DNA from: an uncultured Nitrososphaerota archaeon
Lineage (GTDB): Archaea > Thermoproteota > Nitrososphaeria > Nitrososphaerales > CADDZS01
Assembly: GCA_963799845.1 (NCBI GenBank)
Contig: CAWCYI010000004.1
Location: forward strand, 352,001 to 416,000
Direction: 5' to 3'
DNA: 64,000 bases
The notes under the pieces are model-generated. The model was not told the origin of the DNA. It did no database searches and was given only the letters and a program-made list of their open reading frames with translations. The position numbers and the translations under genes are program-made. Below are positions 39,343 through 47,210 of this stretch, one piece after another. Within the stretch, counting starts at the first letter, position 1; each line of letters opens with the position of its first letter.

Positions 39343-39510
39343 TCATTTTTGATCATTGAAACCGTCGTTGGCATCCTCTTGGTTTTTTTCTTGACGATCA
39401 AGCTCTTCGAAGAATTGTTTTTTCATCTGAGATTTTTGAACTGTTATGAGAATCTCGGCCAACGCCAACGTTGCAATGCCAACGACTGCCAAGATAGCAA
39501 AGACGTTCAT
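39343..39510 (-). CDS. small single-TM protein (55 aa, below the ORF-track cutoff)
   Basis: MNVFAILAVVGIATLALAEILITVQKSQMKKQFFEELDRQEK...; ATG abuts the stop of the upstream gene at 39511. Confidence 0.6.
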   Translation of the reverse strand: MNVFAILAVVGIATLALAEILITVQKSQMKKQFFEELDRQEKNQEDANDGFNDQK

Positions 39511-39927
39511 CTAATCCACACTGGGAGGAATGTATGTGTCAAAGCCTGTGGAGAGCCCGGAAACTATGAACTGTCTTCTGTACTGATCAATGTAATCCAG
39601 AGCAAACTTATCAGCGTTCTTCTCGGTACCTCGATGGTTGCCCGATGTGGATCTAATCGCGTGGTACATTTCGTGCAAAACGACGAATGGATTGAAGAAA
39701 TGATCCTGGTCTGCAAACGCTATCGAATTCGATGAGACTGAGTAAACTGCCAACGCCAATTTCTTCCCCTTTGTGTGCCCTATCTGGAGGCTCGGAGTCC
39801 GCACTTTGAATTTTCGGCTCACGAGATTTACGGCTTTTTCAGTATCTTTGTTCAATATCAGGCCGACAATTGCGGCCTTGAATCTGGACTCGTCCAGAGC
39901 CAGGATTTCTTCAGTATCATCTGACAA
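39511..39927 (-). CDS. small zincin-like (HExxH) protein
   Basis: FVVLHEMYH followed by E..AD.FA (typical third-ligand region). Confidence 0.7.
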   Translation of the reverse strand: MSDDTEEILALDESRFKAAIVGLILNKDTEKAVNLVSRKFKVRTPSLQIGHTKGKKLALAVYSVSSNSIAFADQDHFFNPFVVLHEMYHAIRSTSGNHRGTEKNADKFALDYIDQYRRQFIVSGLSTGFDTYIPPSVD

Positions 39928-40035
39928 TTTATTTTCAACCTCTTTTCAAACTATGACCATGTGATAAAATTCGATTGATATACTCAAATCCGAAACGTGG
40001 ATTCCAGCACAGATAACTTCGAACGCATTCTGAAC

Positions 40036-40476
40036 TCATTTCCAAGAGACTATGAAGGGAGTAGACTTGTCTAGGAGTCTCGCTATAAAGTGCTTGAGAT
40101 AGCGATCAATGTTCAGAGTGAGTGCCTCTTTCGGCTCAACCCAGATGACTCCTTGAATCTCATTTGAGTCTACTCTTGGAGTCTCGTTTCCCACCACACT
40201 GCAAAGGTAGTCAAAGAAAATGAAATGAGCGCGCTTCCAAAATTCCTTCGGATAGATCACCTGCTGTATCGATACGAGCTCCAGTACCTTGATGTCCAGT
40301 CCCACCTCTTCTTTTATCTCCCTAACCAAGGCATCTTCGCATGTTTCTCCCAATTCGACATGACCGCCGGGAACAGTGTAAAGGCCTGGCCACTTGTGCG
40401 AATCGCAGAGCAAGATCTTTCCGTCTTCTCGCTGGATCAGACCACCGACAGTAGGCTCTGGAAATACTTGAATCAT
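40036..40476 (-). CDS. NUDIX hydrolase
   Basis: PEPTVG.LI, Nudix box GGHVELGETCEDALVREIKEEVG; the ORF-track extension to 40698 is probably non-coding. Confidence 0.92.
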   Translation of the reverse strand: MIQVFPEPTVGGLIQREDGKILLCDSHKWPGLYTVPGGHVELGETCEDALVREIKEEVGLDIKVLELVSIQQVIYPKEFWKRAHFIFFDYLCSVVGNETPRVDSNEIQGVIWVEPKEALTLNIDRYLKHFIARLLDKSTPFIVSWK

Positions 40477-40776
40477 CAATTGAGATTCAACACCCTTGTA
40501 TGTATGTGTGACCTTTTGTAAGTTGTAAATTCCCAGGAAAAGGAGATCCCACGAAAAAACGTTTGTCAAATCATCCTTCGTTCCGAATGAATGACGTGCT
40601 TCTGTTCTTCCAGAGATGATCAGACGTCCGTCTTTCCTGCGGAAGGTATAAATTACTGTAACCTTGCAGTAAGGATTCCAAAAATGACAATCAGTCAAGT
40701 GGAAGCGGAAGTTCCGGCAAAAGAAGATGATCGCACTTTTTTTGATACGACTTCAAAAAGTACAATCCCAAGCGCG

Positions 40777-41577
40777 ATGCAACTTAGGAGAAATCCGCCG
40801 GCTAGAAACACTTCGCGCTTTTGGTTCGAGAGATTTCTTACGGTGATCCAAAGACAAAATCCTGCAATAATCGATTCTTCATTCCTCAGCCAGATCGCGC
40901 CCAGCAATGAGGGAAAGCTGCTGTCCCAGCTCAAGTTCCTTGGGGTAGTCGATGATCAGGGAAAGCCAACGAGAGTTCTGCCAATCCTGAATATGGTCGG
41001 AGACGAACAAAGAAAGGCCTTCCTGGAGATCGCGAAGGAATCGTACAAAGATCTTCTTTTGGAGGTCAAAGTAGACAAAGCAGTCCCGGATGATCTCGTC
41101 AATTTTTTTATCAGAAAGTACGCCTTCACCAGAGACAAGGGAATCAACGCCTCAAAATTTTTCCTTTACTTGACAGAGAAGGGTGGAATATCGGTCTCTA
41201 GCGAGCTTGATTCATTTCTATCCGAAAAGGCACCCGTACCGTCGCAACCTGGCAACGGATCGGTTTCTGTCACTAGAATCTCCGAGAAGCAGTCGTCAAG
41301 AATTCATACCAAGGAGTCGAGGCCCTCGACTACATCGAATCGTCAGGCATTGCAACGAAAGATAAAGCCGTCTGAACAGGAGCAGTCTTCGATACAGACC
41401 GTCATCAGCATAAAGCTCGACAAAGATACTCCGAAAGAATACTGGGACAGGGTTCTGGCCTTGATCGGAGAAAGACCGGTTGATGTATCCGTTGAAGCAG
41501 GTCGTAACGATGGACAAGTGGAATCATTTAGCGAGAACCTGGAGCAGGACGCTTCTACGGATTCCGGGTTCACCTGA
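40777..41577 (+). CDS. DUF5343-like protein
   Basis: I...P..ID..FL......N...LL..LKFLG..D..GKPT core recalled as DUF5343, low-complexity linker, short C-terminal domain; start could be 40684. Confidence 0.65.
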   Translation: MQLRRNPPARNTSRFWFERFLTVIQRQNPAIIDSSFLSQIAPSNEGKLLSQLKFLGVVDDQGKPTRVLPILNMVGDEQRKAFLEIAKESYKDLLLEVKVDKAVPDDLVNFFIRKYAFTRDKGINASKFFLYLTEKGGISVSSELDSFLSEKAPVPSQPGNGSVSVTRISEKQSSRIHTKESRPSTTSNRQALQRKIKPSEQEQSSIQTVISIKLDKDTPKEYWDRVLALIGERPVDVSVEAGRNDGQVESFSENLEQDASTDSGFT

Positions 41578-41648
41578 TCTGAGCTCGGCCTTCTCGACTT
41601 TAGCTCCAATTGTTCAATCTTAGCGTACATCCATTTGCCTAGCGGAAG

Positions 41649-42094
41649 AGCTTGAAACGAGCTGATAGAAAGCAATCTGCGGAGTACACACGCACGGTTG
41701 CAGAACTCCCCTTAGGGGGGCCCCTCTCTGTATAATAGCTTGAAACGAGTTTTTCAGTCAAAACGTACGCGCGTGCGTAGAACATAGAGAAAATTCAGTT
41801 CTGCAGTGTAAAGCTCTCGAGCAAAGATCTAGTAAATCGGTTAAAATTTCCGGAACATCCTCGAAAACTCGAAAATCCAATACGAAATGATCAACTCGAG
41901 GATTGTCGGAGAACACTTTTGTGCCTCCGTTCAATTCGTTCTGAGCTCTCTAAGCTCCGTTCAGCTTGAAGCGAGTTCTTCTGAGCTTACAGAGGTTGAA
42001 CGTAGCTCTTCGGCCAAAAAGTGCTCACGTGTGTAGAAACGCAGAAAAAAATTCTATATAAGAATCAATGAAAACTGCGATTTAAGGTCTCGAA
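41649..42094 (+). repeat. dispersed modular palindromic repeat, copy 2 (modules A-C'-spacer-B-C)
   Basis: Inverted homologue of 15008..15271 with a ~190-nt internal insert containing a diverged extra C module; lies between convergent stop codons. Confidence 0.92.
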
Positions 42095-42110
42095 GGGAAC
42101 TCTTAGCGTT

Positions 42111-43775
42111 CTAAGATTCCGCCTTGACGGTGACTGTCACCGGATCTGCCACGGGTTCGACTGTATTATCTTTCTTTGAGATTAACTCGTTTCCGTCCAC
42201 CCACATCATCTTTCGCTGCAATGTGGAGGTGTAAAGCATCTTCCAATCGAGGCCGACCCTGTTCGCCCAGGTCTTGAATACTCTCGGATCAATGTAGTTT
42301 CGAAGAGAAGTATTCAGATTGTAGTCTCTCGTAATCTTCGTTAGCTCGACCTGTTTTTTCATCTTTGCGACCCGCTCGACCAGCTTTGCTTTCTGTTTAT
42401 CGGTCTTACCGTGCATTTGCTCTAATTCCTTCAGTCGTTCCTCCTTCTTTAAGAGAGACTGCTCGAACGTCTTGGGAGGAGTCCTCTTGTGGTTACACTT
42501 TATCGCAGCTTCCAGATTTGCAAGTTTTGCTTGATACAACTTGTCGAAATCCGGAGTATCTTTTTCGAAAGCGTTGTGGTTTTTCAGATAGGATTTGACG
42601 GCGCTCGTGGCGTGATAAGTTCTGAAGACCTTCGCCGTCAGTCCCGGCGAGGCCCTGCTCAGAAACTCGTTGACGTGACGAGACATGATGCCGTCGAAAA
42701 TCAGGTCATCGGGCTTTTTATCCTTACAGAATTGCCTCAAATTTTCAACTGCCGCCCGGTCCTTTGGCTCAATTTCAAGGGTCTTCTGCCACCTGACGTA
42801 GTCTTTGCCGAAAAAGTCGAAATCTACCGCATTTTCCCTGAACTTCAGGTGCTCGACCCTCAGAGTCGAAGCTCCGACAGTGTCAGCCTCGTCTTCGTCT
42901 TTTTCATCTCCGACCCTCATTGCAAGTTTGTCGATGAGGTAGCACGCGGTTGAAATTCTTCTAATCTTTGGATCCTTCGAGCTCATCGACTTCGAGATAA
43001 AGTTCCTAACTCTGTCTATGCCTTTTTCAAGATCCCGGGCTTTGTCGTACTTTCTTTTGTCACGGGCCTGCCTAATGCTGGAGGAATCGTGGAGCCAGAC
43101 GTACTTGACTTTCTCCGACAGCTTGTCTGTCCAACATGCAATCCACATACAATCCGGGGCATTAATGATCTTCCACTTACCGGGAGGGATAACAGCTGTC
43201 TTGTCCAAGTTGAGGGTAATGTCTTCCTCCTGAATTCCAAGTTTCCAGCGCCCTCTCATAGGATGCTGCCCCCGCCCCATGAATAGACCGGGCGGCTCGA
43301 CCACCCAGTTTGCGATTTCTGTCTTCACACCGTCAACCGTCGCATAACCAAATTTCTCCTTTAGTTCGAGTCTCCTCTTCTTACGTTCCGCCGCAAGAGC
43401 CTTCTTTTGTTCTTTCGTAAGCTCGACTTTTTCGGGGAGCGTCGGAAAGATGATGTCAGAAATCTTCGCCTCTTTGAATTTCTCGGGGAAGAGTTTCACG
43501 AAATCTGAGAGAAAATTGGTCTGAAAAATTGGATCTTCGACGTATGGTGTCCCGATCTTCTTGGACCATGCCACCGCCATCTCTTCCTGGGCCGGGGTCA
43601 TGGTCAGAGGCTCTCCCTTGATCGTAATCCGATTAGTGCGTGGGTCAGATCGATAACGTTCTGGAAAGCTCACTCCAGAATGAGACAAGCTGGACCAATG
43701 TTTTTTCTTTAGCTTTGGCTTTTCGTTTTCTTCCTCGTCGGGAGATTCTTCCTCGACTTGCTCAGTTTGGGACAT
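42111..43775 (-). CDS. top1: DNA topoisomerase IB (eukaryote-like)
   Basis: W..L.H.GV.F, EPPGLF.GRG.HP.RG.WK, MRVGDEKD, FDFFGKD, TAKVFRTY.A, CNH, catalytic TSL.NYIDPR. Confidence 0.96.
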   Translation of the reverse strand: MSQTEQVEEESPDEEENEKPKLKKKHWSSLSHSGVSFPERYRSDPRTNRITIKGEPLTMTPAQEEMAVAWSKKIGTPYVEDPIFQTNFLSDFVKLFPEKFKEAKISDIIFPTLPEKVELTKEQKKALAAERKKRRLELKEKFGYATVDGVKTEIANWVVEPPGLFMGRGQHPMRGRWKLGIQEEDITLNLDKTAVIPPGKWKIINAPDCMWIACWTDKLSEKVKYVWLHDSSSIRQARDKRKYDKARDLEKGIDRVRNFISKSMSSKDPKIRRISTACYLIDKLAMRVGDEKDEDEADTVGASTLRVEHLKFRENAVDFDFFGKDYVRWQKTLEIEPKDRAAVENLRQFCKDKKPDDLIFDGIMSRHVNEFLSRASPGLTAKVFRTYHATSAVKSYLKNHNAFEKDTPDFDKLYQAKLANLEAAIKCNHKRTPPKTFEQSLLKKEERLKELEQMHGKTDKQKAKLVERVAKMKKQVELTKITRDYNLNTSLRNYIDPRVFKTWANRVGLDWKMLYTSTLQRKMMWVDGNELISKKDNTVEPVADPVTVTVKAES

Positions 43776-44035
43776 AATTGTATTAGCTCCATTATCAAAG
43801 TGATTGTAATAGCTGCTGAAAATTTGCCAGAATGATATCTTGTGCGCTCCTCATTCATAAAAATTGTGCATGCTGTGTCAAAGTCCGCAGAAACCTCCTC
43901 AGGCCAAGTTTGATCCTACCATCATTTGGTGGATTTTGAGAAATGAGACGGGTCGATGAACTCCGGCCCCTTTCTCATCAATTCCCCTTAAATCTCCGCT
44001 TTTCAAGACGGTCATCGTTAAGTGATCTTTGGCCA

Positions 44036-45286
44036 TTGAGCAAAATTAAGGATAAATCGCTTGCTGCGGCTGGGCGCTTGAAAATAGAGTGGGCAGAATC
44101 GCGGATGCCCGTTCTGATGAAATTGAGATCCTTGAACTCCAAGAAGAAATCGCTTGAGGGAATCAAAATCGCCGGATGTCTTCATGTAACCAAGGAGACT
44201 GCCGTCCTCGTAGAGACATTCAAGGAGGCGGGTGCTGAAGTCTCATGGTCGGGTTGCAACCCATTATCGACCCAGGACGATGTGGCGGCTGCTCTTGACG
44301 CGAACGGAGTCGATATTTTCGCCTGGCGCGGATTATCGTCGGACGATTATTACCGGTGCATCGAACAGACCCTCAGGCTGAAACCTGAATTCACACTGGA
44401 CGACGGCGCGGATCTTATCTTTACGGTGCACACCAAGCATCCGGAGTACCTGCCTGGATTAAAGGGTGGAACCGAAGAAACGACCACGGGCATCCACCGG
44501 ATTAGGGCAATGGCAAAAGAAGGCAAGCTCAGGTATCCCATCATAGCGGTGAACGATGCCGAAACGAAATCAGATTTCGACAACGTGTACGGCACTGGGC
44601 AGAGCGCCATCGACGGCGTGATCAGAGCGACAAATGTGCTTTTCGCAGGGAAAAATGTTGTGATTGCTGGCTATGGTCACTGTGGTAGAGGATTAACGTC
44701 GAGAGCGAGAGGCTTCGGGGCAAATGTTATCGTGACGGAAGTCGATCCGATCAAGGCCCTCCGTGCGAGGATGGACGGGTTTGAGGTAATGCCGATGAGC
44801 GTCGCATCTAAATTAGGTGATGTATTCATCACGGCTACCGGGAACAAGAATGTAATTTCAAGGGCTCATTTTTCGAAGATGAAAGACGGAGCGATTCTTG
44901 CCAACGCTGGTCACTTCAACGTCGAAGTCGCCGCATCAGATCTTGAAACGTTTGCGAAGAAACGGAGAGAAATGCGACCAGACAACGTCGAGTATACGCT
45001 GCCTAACGGAAATAGAATCTATCTTCTTGCAGAGGGTCGACTCGTCAATCTCGCTGCCGCGGAAGGGCATCCCAGCGAGGTGATGGATATGAGTTTTGCA
45101 AATCAGTTCCTTTCTATCCTGCGGCTCGTCAAGGAAGGCAAGGGAATGAAGCCTGATGTCCACGAGATTTCGAGGTCTCAGGACGAACATGTCGCGAGGT
45201 TAAAACTGGAAAGTATGGGGATCGAGATTGACAAGCTGACCGAAGATCAGACAAAATACTTGGCTGGTTGGGAAGAAGGTACTTGA
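44036..45286 (+). CDS. ahcY: adenosylhomocysteinase
   Basis: CLHVT.ET, CNPLSTQD, DDGADL, EETTTG, FDN.YGTGQS, GYGHCG.G, EGRLVNL..A.GHP.EVMD.SF; TTG start with GTGAT SD. Confidence 0.97.
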   Translation: MSKIKDKSLAAAGRLKIEWAESRMPVLMKLRSLNSKKKSLEGIKIAGCLHVTKETAVLVETFKEAGAEVSWSGCNPLSTQDDVAAALDANGVDIFAWRGLSSDDYYRCIEQTLRLKPEFTLDDGADLIFTVHTKHPEYLPGLKGGTEETTTGIHRIRAMAKEGKLRYPIIAVNDAETKSDFDNVYGTGQSAIDGVIRATNVLFAGKNVVIAGYGHCGRGLTSRARGFGANVIVTEVDPIKALRARMDGFEVMPMSVASKLGDVFITATGNKNVISRAHFSKMKDGAILANAGHFNVEVAASDLETFAKKRREMRPDNVEYTLPNGNRIYLLAEGRLVNLAAAEGHPSEVMDMSFANQFLSILRLVKEGKGMKPDVHEISRSQDEHVARLKLESMGIEIDKLTEDQTKYLAGWEEGT

Positions 45287-45339
45287 TTTCGCCAAGGTGA
45301 AATCTTTAGTTAATCCCTCTGCAATAAAGTTCTTGATTG

Positions 45340-45813
45340 TTAACCCGCGATCTTTTCCGTTTCTCTGGAAATCGTCGAGTAATCGGGTTCTACTCCAGGA
45401 TTCTCTGAAACCCATTTGAAACGGACGATGAGATCCTTGTCTAGGATATACACCGCCCTTTTCGAAGCCGTGTACCCCTTGATTCCAGAAAAGTTTTCGT
45501 GGTAATTTCCAAACGCTTTCACTGCGTGGCGATTAAAGTCGCTCAGCAAGGTAAAATTGAGGTTATTGGCACTCTTGAACGCCTTATTTGCGAAAGGCCC
45601 ATCTACGCTGATGCCGACGACATTTGCATTCAATTTGTTGTATTCAGCCAAAGAATCTCTCATCGTGCACATTTCTTTCGTGCAAACACCCGTAAACGCA
45701 CCAGGGTAGAATAGTAGAACTGTCGGCTTGCCTCTGAAGCTTGAAATTTTTACTGGGGCCTTTTCTGTATCAACGAGCTCTACTTCCGGAGCTTTGTCTC
45801 CAACTTCAACCAT
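45340..45813 (-). CDS. peroxiredoxin (Bcp/AhpE-like)
   Basis: FYPGAFTGVCTKEMC, GISVD, LLSDFN. Confidence 0.92.
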   Translation of the reverse strand: MVEVGDKAPEVELVDTEKAPVKISSFRGKPTVLLFYPGAFTGVCTKEMCTMRDSLAEYNKLNANVVGISVDGPFANKAFKSANNLNFTLLSDFNRHAVKAFGNYHENFSGIKGYTASKRAVYILDKDLIVRFKWVSENPGVEPDYSTISRETEKIAG

Positions 45814-45924
45814 ATCTATTCACACTATAGAATTCCATTCGACTAGAATTGCTATTAATTGTTGTCATCTTATCCCGCAGGATTTCGGGAGAGTCCAGAA
45901 GTTCGGAATGGGAATATGGTGTTA

Positions 45925-46125
45925 CTAGTTCAGAGCCGCATCTAGAAAAGCAGAGTGCTTTATCCACGCACCTTCAAGCGAATCGAGCATCTTTTCTCTG
46001 CACTTGTCGCAAATGAACTCATCACCCATCTTGTTTTCCACAGTCGGGTTGGACAGTACTGTCCCACAACCAAGACACTCAGCCGCATTCTGACTTTTCA
46101 GGTCCTTCGTTTCGTTTGGCATCAT
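45925..46125 (-). CDS. small CxxC-CxxC zinc-finger protein
   Basis: CLGC...CDKC. Confidence 0.55.
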   Translation of the reverse strand: MMPNETKDLKSQNAAECLGCGTVLSNPTVENKMGDEFICDKCREKMLDSLEGAWIKHSAFLDAALN

Positions 46126-46154
46126 TTTTCCAGCTTAGGTTTTTGAATCCAATT

Positions 46155-46568
46155 TCAACCTGCGGATTTCTTTAATTTATCAAGTGTCTCGATGTACTTC
46201 GAGATCAAATCTAGGAGCTTTGCCTGTTCAGCAAGATCTGAAGCGGAATCTAGCTGCTTCGAAACAGTGTTCAGCTTTTCTTCAAGCAGTCTACGAAGGG
46301 AATCCGAACTCTGAGAAATTTGGGGAGAAGTTGTCGATGGTTTTTCTTCATTTTTCGTTCCGGGCCTGTTTTGCGTCTGCGGCGTTTCAGCGCCATCGGT
46401 AGAGTTCAGAATCGAACTGAGGTCGTCTTCACTAGTGCAATATATCCTACCTTTGTATCTAATTTGAACGGCCCCGCATCGTGGACATGGCTCCTGAAGA
46501 ATTGCCGCGCCCCTCATAATGAGTTGTGCGGTTGTAACCATTTTAGACTTGTTTTGAACTTGGGACAA
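46155..46568 (-). CDS. UPF0148/autoantigen p27 (ZNRD2)-like Zn-ribbon protein
   Basis: A.L..RGA..L.E.CP.CG..Q....G..YC plus C-terminal helices. Confidence 0.8.
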   Translation of the reverse strand: MSQVQNKSKMVTTAQLIMRGAAILQEPCPRCGAVQIRYKGRIYCTSEDDLSSILNSTDGAETPQTQNRPGTKNEEKPSTTSPQISQSSDSLRRLLEEKLNTVSKQLDSASDLAEQAKLLDLISKYIETLDKLKKSAG

Positions 46569-46775
46569 ACTTCTTTCATTTGGGTAAACTCCACTATTTT
46601 TCCGTTAGCTTCGGAACTGGGGTCCGGCGGTTAATTGTGCCAGTTATTCAGCAGTCTACGTTTGCAATCTGAATAAATCTAGACGCAATCAGAATAAAGT
46701 TGAAAGTGAGTATCAGATTGGGAAAGAGCTAACCAGAATCCTTCATATATCGAACAGAATCTGTTCCTCAAAAGA

Positions 46776-47210
46776 ATGCGTCGACCAGTTACAGACATTG
46801 CCTTGCTCTCGTACATCGCGAAGAAAAATGCGAAAGTTGTGAGCTACACAGAGGCAACCAAGGCATGCAAGAGCAGCAGCTCCGCCAGCAGGGCGCTTCA
46901 TCAACTGATCGGTGAAGGGATTCTCGAGCCCAAACCAAAGTTGCTTGGCCTGCGATATGTCACGCAGTACGTCGTGACGCAAAAGGGCGAGCAAGTCGCG
47001 GATCTCGCCCTTCAATTAACTCAGCTCAGGGAAGCTGCCTTTAAGATGAGCGCTGCTCAGGTCAAGTTGGAAGATAGTGACGCACATCCGACAAAGGCGG
47101 TATCTCAGCTCGAAAAATCGAGGGGTGAAGAGAAAAAGGCCGCAAGAGAAGAACGCGTCGATTGGATTGACAGATCCCGCGACCGGGGAATGAAATTATT
47201 TCTTATTTAG
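46776..47210 (+). CDS. winged-helix DNA-binding protein
   Basis: HTH then Y.VT.KG.QVA wing motif similar to 1762..2097. Confidence 0.6.
   Translation: MRRPVTDIALLSYIAKKNAKVVSYTEATKACKSSSSASRALHQLIGEGILEPKPKLLGLRYVTQYVVTQKGEQVADLALQLTQLREAAFKMSAAQVKLEDSDAHPTKAVSQLEKSRGEEKKAAREERVDWIDRSRDRGMKLFLI

Noticed and set aside
41649-42094. CRISPR array interpretation of the GAAAC-containing repeats
   Set aside because: Repeats are 15 nt and irregularly spaced, the intervening sequence is itself repeated elsewhere, and no cas genes are present
42111-43775. Topoisomerase IB as a novel or viral acquisition
   Set aside because: TopIB is an established marker of Thaumarchaeota and relatives; the flanking genes are housekeeping
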